From positions 73,120 to 137,119 of the IMG/VR virus record IMGVR_UViG_2901201504_000001: DNA of 64,000 bases. The stretch is one strand, 5' to 3'. Positions within the stretch are counted from its first letter, which is position 1. Every line of letters starts with the position of its first letter. The notes beneath the pieces were generated by a model, which had not been told where the DNA came from, did not search any database, and was given only the letters and a program-made list of their open reading frames with translations. Positions 51,027-62,280 of the stretch are shown one piece after another. The translations under genes were made by a program, and so were the position numbers. This DNA is from a virus (taxonomy: Duplodnaviria; Caudoviricetes).

Positions 51027-51710
51027 TTATTGTGGTTGAGTTAGCGGCATTCTATAGTGATTTTCTATTTGTACTAATCTTCCTTTAGATATTTTAAACC
51101 TTTGAGCGGTGTTAATTACATTAGGGGTACCACTAGGGCATAAATGATAAGAATACTTATCATTTTTAACAAAACTTTTGTATTTATCGGATTTAGCTAA
51201 AAAGGCAGCACCATGAATAGATTCTACATAGCTATGAATAGTATCAATTAGAAATTCGTATTCATCTACATCAACAATATTATCAGGTATTCCACCTGTA
51301 CATAAGAAAACATAATCAGATTCAACAATTTGATCATGAATAAGATTTAAATTTGCAAATAGTTTTTTGTAATAATAAGCTGACGAGATGCTTTTTACAG
51401 AATTCAAAACCTTATGCAATTTAGTAGAACCAGAAAGAAAGAATGGATAAACATTTACGATACTAAATGTTCCAATTTTATAGTTACTTAAATCATTAAA
51501 GGCTACATGAGCGCATTTATTAACAGTACTATCAGACACATCACTATTAGCTACACTAGGATTCATTAAAATAAAAAGTATTTTTTTGGCATACCTGTTA
51601 TTTAGCTGTGCAGTAAGTATCGTTCTGCTTTTAACTTTGGAATTCTTTATTCTTTTAGTGTCACAATTTGTTATTGATTTTACATAACTAGGATAAGTTT
51701 CAGTCAAATA
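51027..51710 (-). CDS. DUF1643-family protein, paralog 2
   Basis: FILMNPSVA...D.T...VNVYP; colinear with paralog 1. Confidence 0.75.
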   Translation of the reverse strand, partial: YLTETYPSYVKSITNCDTKRIKNSKVKSRTILTAQLNNRYAKKILFILMNPSVANSDVSDSTVNKCAHVAFNDLSNYKIGTFSIVNVYPFFLSGSTKLHKVLNSVKSISSAYYYKKLFANLNLIHDQIVESDYVFLCTGGIPDNIVDVDEYEFLIDTIHSYVESIHGAAFLAKSDKYKSFVKNDKYSYHLCPSGTPNVINTAQRFKISKGRLVQIENHYRMPLTQPQ

Positions 51711-51895
51711 ATCAACCCTCTCTTTTAATAAGTATAACATACTAATTAGCTATCTTAGAATAACGGATGAAATAGGGCTATTAAATAGAAGGGAATATAA
51801 ATGAAACAAAGAATGAGAAGTAAAAATATTGAATGAGGCAAACATAATAAAATCTATCTTTTATGGGGTAAAAAAAGAAGCCCTACAAGGCTTCC

Positions 51896-52639
51896 TTACT
51901 CATAAATAACATTATATTGAATATCATATTGAATATCATAAGCTTTCCAATTAGACTTAGGTTCTTTTACTAAGTAGAAATATTTCCAATGTGCGTAATT
52001 GATTTCATTCTCTTGGAAGAATTGAGATATTACCATATATTCCGTACCTTTTTTAGTATAGAAACTATACTCTGGTTTTGATGTTTCATATTGCAAATAC
52101 CAGTCGAATTCTACAAATGCAAAAGTTAGACTGTCTGTGTCTTTAAGTCTATAAAGTTGATTTCCTTTTGAGTCTTTCCCGGCTGGCCACATTTCTGTCT
52201 TGAAATACATATCTAAGTATCCTTTAGTAAATGCTGGTGACATAGATTTATAAAACTGTTGTTTAGTCTGTGGCTTTGATAAAGCTTTATTCTCAATTGC
52301 TAAGATGCGTTCATTAGCTTTTTTAACACTATTAAGAGAAGTAGTCTTATAGAATCTCACATGATCTGATGAAATATAACCTTTTCCTTTACCATATTGA
52401 ATTGTTGTCCAGCCTGTTTTACTTTGACCATAGGATTTTACTTTATCGCTTCGTTTTAAAGTACCGATAACTTTAGCATTTTTACTTGGAGCATTTCGTA
52501 CATTAAGTTTTCCACTAGTAATATCAATAGTACCTGTCTGAGGTGAAGCTGCAGAGACTTCGATATTACTTAAAGGAAAGATAAATGAGACAATTAATGC
52601 TAATGCAATGGAAATTTTAAGTAATCTAGTATTTTTCAT
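51896..52639 (-). CDS. secreted SH3b-domain protein
   Basis: signal peptide; LNVRNAPS...GW..I..G.GYISS. Confidence 0.8.
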   Translation of the reverse strand: MKNTRLLKISIALALIVSFIFPLSNIEVSAASPQTGTIDITSGKLNVRNAPSKNAKVIGTLKRSDKVKSYGQSKTGWTTIQYGKGKGYISSDHVRFYKTTSLNSVKKANERILAIENKALSKPQTKQQFYKSMSPAFTKGYLDMYFKTEMWPAGKDSKGNQLYRLKDTDSLTFAFVEFDWYLQYETSKPEYSFYTKKGTEYMVISQFFQENEINYAHWKYFYLVKEPKSNWKAYDIQYDIQYNVIYE

Positions 52640-53338
52640 GTTTTCCTCCTTGATAATTAGTTTTACCAATACAATTATATCAATCTATATTGGAAAATTA
52701 CGAGAATAATACAAAATTCCGAAAATAAAATTAAGTATATGGAAAAGTAGTTTATAAATGGTGTAAGAGGTGTAATGAATAAATATCATTTAGAAGAGGG
52801 TGAATAATATGGAAGTTAATTTAGAATATTTAGTTGGAGATGAGGTTATTGTAAAGACAAGCAAGCTTAAAGGTAAGATTGTACAGAGAAAAGTAACAAT
52901 AACAGACACTGGATTTAAAACGTATTTTATTGAAATGTATCAAATTAAATATGTAACTAGGCCTTATCAACCATTGGAATGGGTGAATGTAGACAGAATT
53001 GAATTAGATAAGGTTAATAATGAGCTATCGGATGAATATGGAGTATTAAGCGTTATTATCGATGTTAATTTGTTACAAGGGTATCGTAATGATGAAATGG
53101 TTAAAATGTATAATGAGATGAGGAATACTCTTTGAAACCAGTGATTAGTGATGAGAAACGTGATCGGCTATATGATTGTCATAGAAATATTGAAGATGCA
53201 CTAGATATGGTACATAGTAGATTTGAAGAAATTGATTTACCAAGTGATGAATATAATTCTATTAACGAGCTATTTAATGATGTATATTTTAAGCTGAAAG
53301 ATTTATATGAAGAAATTTACTTTTCTTAAAAATAACAC

Positions 53339-53367
53339 TTGATAAAAGTTAAATAATATAATATAGT
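53339..53367 (+). promoter_or_regulatory. SigA promoter overlapped by AAAAGTTAAATAA motif
   Basis: TTGATA-17-TATAGT. Confidence 0.6.
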
Positions 53368-53407
53368 AATAATACAAAAGTTAATTAATTAAAAAAGAGG
53401 TGATAAT

Positions 53408-53704
53408 ATGAAACTCACATTAGACGATAGATTTCGAGTATATAGTGATCCTAGAAATTTCATCCTAGAGAAATTAGAGGATGTTAAAGACAGGAAAACA
53501 GGGGATGTTAAACAAGAATGGAAAACTGTTGGCTTTTTTGGAAGGTTTGAACATTTACTCAATACATACAAAAACGAGAGTATTAGAAATATGGAAGATA
53601 CTTCTCTAAGTGAAATTGAGAAATTGTATCTAAAATTAGATCAAACAATAAAAGATGTAGTAAAAAGGGAGAATATAACGCTTGAGTTACATAAGACACT
53701 GTGA
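53408..53704 (+). CDS. hypothetical phage protein
   Basis: GAGGTG RBS. Confidence 0.65.
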   Translation: MKLTLDDRFRVYSDPRNFILEKLEDVKDRKTGDVKQEWKTVGFFGRFEHLLNTYKNESIRNMEDTSLSEIEKLYLKLDQTIKDVVKRENITLELHKTL

Positions 53705-54317
53705 TGTTTGTAAAGAATATAATCCAGACATAAACCATGTTGTTAGAATTTCAGATGATAAAAATTACCATGAGATTAATGGTCATGAAGATTGTATTAA
53801 TAAATTGCACACTAAACTCAAATCATTAGACATTGATAAGCTAAGTGTAGACAAGGTTATCAAGTTAATAAAAATTAATTAAATTAAAATAAAATACAGT
53901 TTTTATTAAGGGGTGTATGAGATGAATTTGAAATTAAGGTTGAAGACTCAAGACATTATCAAGTTATTATTTGGAAGGAGTTTCCTGATAAAGGATCAAT
54001 ATAATAATTTAATTTATCGAGTTCAGAAAGGTCATGATACATATATTACAAAACAATAAAGCAAAGGAGGAGAAATGATGCCTAGCTATAATGATACTGA
54101 AATAAATAAAGAAGAGTTTGAGTCATTTATAAGTGCTGAAAGCTGTTATCAAATCGGTGTGCCAATTGCAGATAGAGTAAATTATCATTCGAATGAAACG
54201 GATGTGATAATAGCTTATAAATGTTTTGGTGGCTTAAATGGAAAATACCATGAATCTTATTACATTAGAACATACAAATAAAACGCAGCTTTTATTAATT
54301 GAAACGGAGGTTTTACA

Positions 54318-54488
54318 ATGAAAACTATTATGGAAGAGATAAAAGAAGAATTAGACAACATCAACAGAATTGCAAACAATACTCCAGAAGACAGTGAAGC
54401 AGAAGATTTGAATTCATGTATTTCAGATATGATGAATGCAATTGATGACTTAAAATCTACCATTGATATGAAATATCCGAAAATCTAA
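54318..54488 (+). CDS. 56-aa acidic helical protein
   Basis: Read directly; GGAGG RBS; lies between two exact palindromic sites. Confidence 0.55.
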   Translation: MKTIMEEIKEELDNINRIANNTPEDSEAEDLNSCISDMMNAIDDLKSTIDMKYPKI

Positions 54489-54955
54489 TAAAATTCACTT
54501 TTTAAATGGTCTTAAATAGAAAGGAGAGTCACATATGAGCAATTTAAAAAAGTTTCTAGAAGAGTTGGATTTATTATCAAGAAAACACGGTGTTTGGATT
54601 GACACTAGTCAGATATCTGAATCAGTAGATTTAATTGATGAAGACTTGCGTGTAATTGCAGGTGGTCTGTATTGTGATGATGATACTCAGGAATATCTAG
54701 TAAAGGAAGAATTTTAAATCAATAATGTTATCCGACAAACTCTAGGGGGGTGATCTTATGAAGCCAATGAAGAGTATCAAGGTTAAATACCATTCCTACA
54801 TGAGAGATTTCTATTCAAAAGAAAATTATTTTCATAATGATATGAAAGTCATTTACCATGATATGAGATTACAAAGGCTTAGGAGTAATTAGTTCATAAC
54901 TCAAACAAAACAAACAATAACATCTTAGAATCGACACCAACTAACTTATAGGGGT

Positions 54956-55138
54956 GTGGAAATGGTAGAAAAAATCCAAGAATTTAGTAGCAATGTTTCT
55001 GAGGAATATAAGCAATCATTGAGAGAGCAAATGATACAGGGTTATAAGGAAATGGCAGAAATTAATTTACATATTGCAAATGAGTTTTCACACGCTGAAT
55101 CAGATGCAATGGAAACGACAGAAAGTTTCTTAAAGTAA
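54956..55138 (+). CDS. MazE-like antitoxin mimic (YosL-like)
   Basis: LREQMIQGYKEMAEINLHIANE..AE matches Bacillus MazE C-terminus; directly upstream of nrdI as yosL in SPbeta. Confidence 0.8.
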   Translation: MEMVEKIQEFSSNVSEEYKQSLREQMIQGYKEMAEINLHIANEFSHAESDAMETTESFLK

Positions 55139-55160
55139 TACATAGAGAGAATGAATTAAT

Positions 55161-55547
55161 ATGTTAATAGTTTACGATAGTCTAACAGGCAATGTAAGAA
55201 GGTTCATTGAGAAATTAGAATATAAATCAATGAAGATACATGACAACTTGATCATCAACGAGCCTTACATCCTTGTTACATACACAATTGGATTTGGTGA
55301 AATTCCACAGAGTACAACGTCATTTCTAGCTAATAATTACAAATACTTAATGGGTGTTGCTTCAAGTGGGAATATGAATTGGGGTTCAAACTTTGCTAAA
55401 GCAGCAGACAAGATAGCAGAGCTACACAATGTTCCAGTTATCATGAAATTTGAATTAGCTGGCACAGATAAAGATGTAGAGAAAATTAAACAGGAGGTAT
55501 TACTATTTGACAAAAGAGCAGATTCCACAATGGTTAAAGTTAAATAA
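55161..55547 (+). CDS. nrdI: NrdI flavodoxin
   Basis: YDSLTGNVRRF, SSGNMNWG, KFELAG. Confidence 0.93.
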   Translation: MLIVYDSLTGNVRRFIEKLEYKSMKIHDNLIINEPYILVTYTIGFGEIPQSTTSFLANNYKYLMGVASSGNMNWGSNFAKAADKIAELHNVPVIMKFELAGTDKDVEKIKQEVLLFDKRADSTMVKVK

Positions 55548-57609
55548 TGAAATAATGATTAAGAAGGAAGGAGTTTTTCAATTTGAAAAGGATAAAGAAG
55601 CGACTAAAAGCTATTTTGTGGAATACATCAATCAAAACACGGTATTCTTTCACGATCTAAAAGAAAAACTTGATTATCTTGTTGAAAATGATTATTACGA
55701 AGAAGAGTTTTTAAGTAAATATACATATGAAGAAATTAAAGAATTGTATGAAATTGCATATGCTAAGAAGTTTAGATTCCCTTCTTACATGTCCGCATTT
55801 AAGTTTTATAATGATTATGCTTTAAAAACAAATGATAAAACGAAAATTCTCGAACGTTATGAAGATAGAGTTTCTATTGTAGCATTGTTTTTGGCTGATG
55901 GAGATTTTGATAAAGCTAAACAGATGGTGAAAATGTTGATTAACCAGGAATTCCAACCGGCTACTCCTACATTTTTAAATGCTGGTCGTAAGCGTAGAGG
56001 TGAATTAGTAAGTTGTTTCCTATTGGAAATGGGTGATTCACTTAATGATATTGCAATGGGTGAAAATATTGCAATGCAGTTATCAAAAGTAGGTGGAGGC
56101 GTGTCTACTAATCTTTCTAAAATCAGAGCTAAAGGTGAAGCAATTAAAGACATTGAGAATGTCACTAAAGGTGTAGTTGGAGTAATGAAGCTACTAGACC
56201 ATGCTTTCCGATATGCTGATCAAATGGGACAACGCCAAGGGTCAGGTTCAGTTTACCTAAACATCTTCCATAGAGATATTGATGATTTCCTTGAAACAAA
56301 GAAAATATCAGCAGATGAAGATATTCGAGTGAAAACATTATCCATTGGAGTAGTTATACCGGATAAATTCGTTGAACTAGCTAGAGAAGATAAGGATGTT
56401 TATGTGTTCTATCCTTACTCAGTGTATAAAGAATATGGAGAATATCTTGATGAAATGAATATGGATGTGATGTATGAAAAATTAGTTGAGAATCCAAATG
56501 TACGTAAAGAGAAATTAAATGCTCGCAGGCTGTTAGAGAAAATTGCTGCTTTACGTTTTGAATCAGGATACCCGTATATTATGTTCAAAGATAACGTAAA
56601 TAATGTTCATCCAAATAATCATATTTCAGAAGTTAAATTCAGTAATTTGTGTTCAGAGGTCTTACAATCCTCGTTGTTGTCTGAATATACGGACTATGGA
56701 TTGGAAGATTATATTGGATTAGATATTTCGTGCAACTTAGCTTCAATAAATATTATAAATGTTATGGAAAGTAAAAGTATTAAAGAGACTATTAAATTGG
56801 GGATTGACGCATTAAATACAGTTTCACTTAAGACGAACATCAATAATGCTCCAGCAGTTCAAAAGGCAAATCAACTTATGAGAAGTGTTGGTTTAGGAGC
56901 AATGGGGTTACATACTTATTTAGCTAAAAATAAGATTGCTTATGAGTCTGAAACAGCTAGAGACTTTGCTAATACATTCTTTATGATGGTTAATTACTAC
57001 TCTTTAGAGAGATCGATGGAATTAACCAAAGAGACAGGATTTAAGTATTATCAGTTTGATAAATCTACATATGCAACCGGTGAATATTTTAATCAATATT
57101 TAGAAGAAGATTTCTCACCTAAATCAGACAAAGTGAAAGAGCTATTTAATGATATTTACGTACCTACAATTGAAGATTGGACTCAACTCAAACAAAACGT
57201 TATGAAATATGGATTAGCAAATAGTTATCGATTATGTATTGCGCCTACAGGGTCAATCTCCTATGTTCAATCATCAAGTGCTTCTGTAATGCCTATTATG
57301 GAACGAATTGAAGAACGTACATATGGTAATTCCAAGTCTTACTATCCAATGGCATTTTTAAGTCCTGAAAATTGGTTCTTCTATAAAGAAGCTTATGACA
57401 TGGATATGTTCAAGGTAGTGGATATGATTGCAACAATTCAACGACATGTAGATCAAGGTATATCATTTACATTGTTTCTTAAAGATACGATGACAACGAG
57501 AGATTTAAACAGAATTGATTTGTATGCTCATCACAAAGGAATTAAAACATTATACTATGCAAGGACAAAGGATACAGGTCAAGAAGGCTGTCTATCTTGC
57601 ACGGTTTAA
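55507..57609 (+). CDS. nrdE: class Ib ribonucleotide reductase alpha subunit
   Basis: QPATPTFLNAG, SNLCSE, APTGSISY, C-terminal CLSCTV. Confidence 0.96.
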   Translation: MTKEQIPQWLKLNNEIMIKKEGVFQFEKDKEATKSYFVEYINQNTVFFHDLKEKLDYLVENDYYEEEFLSKYTYEEIKELYEIAYAKKFRFPSYMSAFKFYNDYALKTNDKTKILERYEDRVSIVALFLADGDFDKAKQMVKMLINQEFQPATPTFLNAGRKRRGELVSCFLLEMGDSLNDIAMGENIAMQLSKVGGGVSTNLSKIRAKGEAIKDIENVTKGVVGVMKLLDHAFRYADQMGQRQGSGSVYLNIFHRDIDDFLETKKISADEDIRVKTLSIGVVIPDKFVELAREDKDVYVFYPYSVYKEYGEYLDEMNMDVMYEKLVENPNVRKEKLNARRLLEKIAALRFESGYPYIMFKDNVNNVHPNNHISEVKFSNLCSEVLQSSLLSEYTDYGLEDYIGLDISCNLASINIINVMESKSIKETIKLGIDALNTVSLKTNINNAPAVQKANQLMRSVGLGAMGLHTYLAKNKIAYESETARDFANTFFMMVNYYSLERSMELTKETGFKYYQFDKSTYATGEYFNQYLEEDFSPKSDKVKELFNDIYVPTIEDWTQLKQNVMKYGLANSYRLCIAPTGSISYVQSSSASVMPIMERIEERTYGNSKSYYPMAFLSPENWFFYKEAYDMDMFKVVDMIATIQRHVDQGISFTLFLKDTMTTRDLNRIDLYAHHKGIKTLYYARTKDTGQEGCLSCTV

Positions 57610-57624
57610 GGAAGGGGAAATTGA

Positions 57625-58596
57625 ATGAATAAAGTTTATGATGCAGCTAACTGGAGTAAACCAGAAGATAATTTTACTCAAATGTTCTATAACCAGAACA
57701 CTAAACAATTCTGGCTACCTGAGGAGATTTCACTAAATGGAGATTTACTAACTTGGAAGACATTGAGTAATGAAGAGAAAGATTCATATATGAAAGCATT
57801 AGCTGGTTTAACTTTACTTGATACAGAACAAGGTAATACAGGTATGCCTAGAATTGCTGAACATGTAACCGGGCATCAACGAAAAGCAGTACTTAACTTT
57901 ATGGCTATGATGGAGAATGCAGTTCATGCTAAGTCCTATTCGAACATCTTCTTGACATTAGCTAGTACCGAACAAATAAATGATGTGTTTGAATGGGTTA
58001 AACATAATAAGTACCTGCAATTTAAAGCTGAAACGATTGTTCAAGTTTATGAAAATATTAAAAAGAATGATCAAATCAGTCTATATAAAGCAATGGTAGC
58101 TTCGGTATTCTTAGAGAGTTTCTTGTTCTATAGTGGTTTTTACTATCCTTTATATTTCTATGGTCAAGGTAAGCTAATGCAAAGTGGAGAACTTATTAAT
58201 CTTATAATTAGAGATGAATCAATTCATGGGGTATACATCGGTTTATTAGCGCAAGAAATATATAATGATCAGGAAGAAGAAAAGAAAAAAGAATTGAAGG
58301 ACTTTACTTATGACTTATTGAATAACCTATATGAAAATGAAATTCAATATAGTGAAGATGTATATGATCAAGTAGGATTGACCTCTGATGTAAAAAAATT
58401 CGTGAGATATAATGCAAATAAAGCTTTACAGAACTTAGGATATGAACCTAATTTTGAACAAGAAGAAGTTAATCCAATTGTCTTGAATGGTCTCGATACG
58501 AAAACTAAGTCATTCGACTTCTTCTCAATGAAAGGGAATGGATATAAGAAAGCAACAGTTGAACATTTGAAAGATGAAGATTTTTACTTCAATTAA
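57625..58596 (+). CDS. nrdF: class Ib ribonucleotide reductase beta subunit
   Basis: [22 protein letters not shown]. Confidence 0.96.
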   Translation: MNKVYDAANWSKPEDNFTQMFYNQNTKQFWLPEEISLNGDLLTWKTLSNEEKDSYMKALAGLTLLDTEQGNTGMPRIAEHVTGHQRKAVLNFMAMMENAVHAKSYSNIFLTLASTEQINDVFEWVKHNKYLQFKAETIVQVYENIKKNDQISLYKAMVASVFLESFLFYSGFYYPLYFYGQGKLMQSGELINLIIRDESIHGVYIGLLAQEIYNDQEEEKKKELKDFTYDLLNNLYENEIQYSEDVYDQVGLTSDVKKFVRYNANKALQNLGYEPNFEQEEVNPIVLNGLDTKTKSFDFFSMKGNGYKKATVEHLKDEDFYFN

Positions 58597-58628
58597 TAAA
58601 AACTAATTAATGAGAAAAGGATGATTAG

Positions 58629-59243
58629 ATGACAAATAAAATGGATGAAATGATTCTTGTTGCACCAAGAGCCGATGTATTTTCAAATGAGACTTTAACT
58701 TTTCAAGGTGTTAAATCAGATAGAGAAATAACAAAACAAATTGTATCAAATATAGCTAATTCTTTTTCGGTTATGCGGAGAGGAGATGCAGAAGAAAATG
58801 AATCCTATAAACAACCTATTCCTTACTGTCTGATTAAACGAGGCAATAAAGTATTTTCATACAAACGTTTATCTGGTGGCGGAGAAACAAGATTACATAA
58901 TCAAATCTCACTAGGCGTAGGCGGTCACTTAAATAATGTTGCTGGATTAGATTTTTATGGAGTGTTAGAAGATGGATTACAGCGTGAATTAGAAGAAGAA
59001 TTGTTCATTAATAAAGATAAATTACAGCTTAATACAGTTGGACTTATTAATGATGATGAAAATGAAGTAGGTAGAGTACATATTGGAATGTTAGTAGTTG
59101 GTGAAATACCAATTGATGAAGAAGTAACTGTTCGTGAAACCGATCAACTTCTTGGTGAATGGATTAGTGTAGAGGACTTAAAAAAGCCAGAGATTTATAG
59201 CTCACTAGAATCATGGTCACAATTCGTAGCAGATATTTTATAA
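58629..59243 (+). CDS. NUDIX-like hydrolase (YmaB-like)
   Basis: YKQPIPY, SLGVGGH, RELEEE, VGRVHIG, LESWS. Confidence 0.8.
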   Translation: MTNKMDEMILVAPRADVFSNETLTFQGVKSDREITKQIVSNIANSFSVMRRGDAEENESYKQPIPYCLIKRGNKVFSYKRLSGGGETRLHNQISLGVGGHLNNVAGLDFYGVLEDGLQRELEEELFINKDKLQLNTVGLINDDENEVGRVHIGMLVVGEIPIDEEVTVRETDQLLGEWISVEDLKKPEIYSSLESWSQFVADIL

Positions 59244-59615
59244 ATAAAAACAGTCTTTCATTTGAAGTTGAAAGGAGGTGAGGGCAATATAACCTTAATT
59301 AAAATTATCAATAAGTTTAATGGGTATTAAAACAGTTATCGAGATTATGAAATAATCATTTGAGAAAAATTGGTAATAATAGTAAGAATAATTAAATTTC
59401 ATACAATAATAAGAACCTTATACAAATAATTAATATAGTTACACAAATTATTACTTGAATAATCCAAAATTCAAAATAATGATCACTATAATATCTTTTT
59501 AGTTTTTCCATAGCACATCTCCTAAGATAAAAGTCTTAAGAAGAATATCATTATTTTGTGAAGAAAATTTGTAGAAACAGAGGAAATTATAAAAACACTA
59601 TAAAGGAGGGAATTT

Positions 59616-59864
59616 ATGCAAGTAGAATTAGATTTTACTGGAGAGTACGTTAATGTTCAAATGTCAGTGAGACAAGCTGACTTATTACATAGTTATCTAG
59701 AGTATCATACGAGAAATAAATCAGATGAGGTTGAAGAGTTGGAACATGATGTTGCTGAGAAGCTCTGTGACGAAATTAGACCGTACATACCTGATGACTT
59801 ACCAAGTAATGAAGATGCAGCGATTGTAGAAGCGTTACTAAATGCATATGAATCATGTAACTAA
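59616..59864 (+). CDS. acidic hypothetical protein
   Basis: AAAGGAGG RBS. Confidence 0.6.
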   Translation: MQVELDFTGEYVNVQMSVRQADLLHSYLEYHTRNKSDEVEELEHDVAEKLCDEIRPYIPDDLPSNEDAAIVEALLNAYESCN

Positions 59865-59876
59865 AGGAGAGGTTAA

Positions 59877-61523
59877 ATGTCACAAGCAGATGTTATTTAT
59901 GACAATCTTATAAAACACATACATAAATATGGTACATGGAATAGAGAATTGAATGTTAGAGCCAAATATGCTGATGGAACTTCAGCTTATGCAAAGTCCG
60001 TATTTGGGGTGCAAACTGAGTTTAGAGATGGAATTATACCTGCCTTGACGAAAAAAAAGCTGTTTTGGAAAACGGCATTTAAAGAAATGAAATTATTTTG
60101 GATTGATCAAACAGTGAAAGAAAAAGATTTTAAAGAAAATAATGTGAAAGTATGGGATGAGTGGTTTATAGATGGTGGTTTGGGTAGAAGTTATGCTTAT
60201 CAATTTGAGAGTCATAGACATCGTGCAAGAGAGATTGTAAAAATTTCTCCTAGAATTATAAAAAAACACGGGGATTTAAAAGATATCCTTGTATCAGAAA
60301 TAAAAACTCCTAATTTAAAGAATAAAGATATTTTAATCGGCAAAGTATTTAAAAGTAATAAATGTGGTGACGCAATTGTTTTAGATACAATTAAAGCAGG
60401 ACAACATTATCAAAAAAGTGTCGGTGTAAAATTACAATTTTTAAATACAGGTTTTATTACAATTGTTCAAAAACAAGATGTCTTTAGGGGTAGATTTGTA
60501 GATAAATATGCAAGAACAGTGCACGGAGTTGGTTACAAAGGAAATATAGAAAGTGTTAAAAATTATTCTGATGTTGAGCTGAAGAAATTGGAGGATATTT
60601 GGAATCATATGATAGCAAGATGTTACAAATCATCTTCAACTAGATATGAAAGATATGGAGGAAGAGGTATATTTATTGATGAAAGATGGCATAGCTTAGA
60701 AAATTTTCTAAGAGATATTCGATACCTTCCACAGTTTTTTTTAGCTAAAGAGAATAATTTTGAGAAATGGGAACTTGATAAAGATTATTATAAATCAAAT
60801 TGTTATTCAAAAGATACTTGTACTTGGCTAACAAGTTCAGACAATGTTTTGTATTCTGAAAGAAATGGAAAATTATTCAAAGTTATTGAACAAGGATGTA
60901 AGGAAAAAAAGTTTATAGCATTGAAACAAGCATCATCTGAATATGGTTTTGATGTTAGTAATTTAGCAAAAGCCCTCAAGGGTTCTGGTAAAATTAAAGG
61001 TTATCATGTGGAATATATAAATGATGATAATACATATAGATACGAGTTGTCTAGGAACCAAGTGGTGGATTTAATTAATACTATCAAAACAAATCCAGGA
61101 AGTAGACGATTGATGACAAGCTTTTGGAATGTTGCTGACGTAGATAAAAAGGTTCTTCAAGAATGCGCATGGGCAACAGAGTGGAATGTGAGAGATGGGA
61201 AACTTGATTTAATTTTAATACAAAGAAGTGGAGACGTTGGACTAGGCGTTCCATTCAATTGGATTCAATATTGGTTCCTACAAAACATCATATCTCAAGT
61301 TTGTGGGTTGGAAGTTGGTGACTTTGTGCATCAAATTGGTAATCTTCATTATTATGATCGTCATGAAGATGTCTTGTTAAATCAATTAAATGAAGAAGAT
61401 TATCCTCACCCACAATTATGGATAAATCCAAAAGTGAAATGTTTTTATGATTTCACTATAGACGATATTAAACTTATTGACTATAAGCATGGGGATAAAA
61501 TTGAAATGGAAGTGGCGTTATGA
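59877..61523 (+). CDS. thyA: thymidylate synthase with ~280-aa in-frame HNH-like insertion
   Basis: TKK..WK, WDEW, SRR, QECA catalytic Cys, QRSGD..GVPFN, H.YDRH; insert about 60213-61055. Confidence 0.9.
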   Translation: MSQADVIYDNLIKHIHKYGTWNRELNVRAKYADGTSAYAKSVFGVQTEFRDGIIPALTKKKLFWKTAFKEMKLFWIDQTVKEKDFKENNVKVWDEWFIDGGLGRSYAYQFESHRHRAREIVKISPRIIKKHGDLKDILVSEIKTPNLKNKDILIGKVFKSNKCGDAIVLDTIKAGQHYQKSVGVKLQFLNTGFITIVQKQDVFRGRFVDKYARTVHGVGYKGNIESVKNYSDVELKKLEDIWNHMIARCYKSSSTRYERYGGRGIFIDERWHSLENFLRDIRYLPQFFLAKENNFEKWELDKDYYKSNCYSKDTCTWLTSSDNVLYSERNGKLFKVIEQGCKEKKFIALKQASSEYGFDVSNLAKALKGSGKIKGYHVEYINDDNTYRYELSRNQVVDLINTIKTNPGSRRLMTSFWNVADVDKKVLQECAWATEWNVRDGKLDLILIQRSGDVGLGVPFNWIQYWFLQNIISQVCGLEVGDFVHQIGNLHYYDRHEDVLLNQLNEEDYPHPQLWINPKVKCFYDFTIDDIKLIDYKHGDKIEMEVAL

Positions 61524-62011
61524 CAATTAGTATGGTTGCTGCAATTGGTTTAGATAAAAGTTTAGGAGCTAATAACCAACTACTATGGAAACTTAAATCA
61601 GACTTAGAGAAGTTTCGTGAACGTACCTTATTTCAAAATGTTGTAATGGGAAGTAATACATATAGCTCAATCGGTAAGCCATTAGATAAAAGAAATAACA
61701 TCGTACTTAGTCGTAATAAGGATTTGGAAGTTGCTGAAGGAGTAATTGTATATGATTCTGTTTCTAAGTTATTACAAGATTATCAAAATAAAGATTTATA
61801 TATCATCGGAGGAGAGCAAATTTACAAACAGTTTCTTCCGTTTACTGACCGTATTTACTTAACAATTGTTGAAGGAACGTTTCCACAAGCTGATACTTTC
61901 TTTCCACCATTACCGCAAGAATGGAAATGTACTAGCAAGTATCAACGATTGAAGGATAAAGATAACGAATATGATCATTGGTATTGTGTTTATGAGAAAG
62001 TGAACGCTTAA
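61520..62011 (+). CDS. dfrA: dihydrofolate reductase
   Basis: LLW..KSDL..F, VVMG, PL..RNNIVLS, IIGGEQIY, ADTFFP. Confidence 0.92.
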   Translation: MTISMVAAIGLDKSLGANNQLLWKLKSDLEKFRERTLFQNVVMGSNTYSSIGKPLDKRNNIVLSRNKDLEVAEGVIVYDSVSKLLQDYQNKDLYIIGGEQIYKQFLPFTDRIYLTIVEGTFPQADTFFPPLPQEWKCTSKYQRLKDKDNEYDHWYCVYEKVNA

Positions 62012-62280
62012 TAGTTCAAGTTATACTATGTTCAAAATTCAAAATAGTTAATAAATAAATGGTTATTAAGGAGACGATTCAATGAATAACTTTAGTAGAT
62101 ATGGCTCGTATACTTTTGCTTTACTGGCTTGTATCGCATACATATTAGATAGTTTTATAGGTGTGGTTTTTACAAGTTCCTTTATGTTAGTTAATAAATT
62201 GAATGAAATACAGGATGATTTAAAGAAATAAAATAGTGGTTTTAATTGAAAAAAAATAATTATGAAAAGAGGAATTTATA

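Noticed and set aside
60210-61058. Canonical intein in ThyA
   Set aside because: No recognisable splicing blocks; the Asn at the junction is followed by Gln rather than Cys/Ser/Thr
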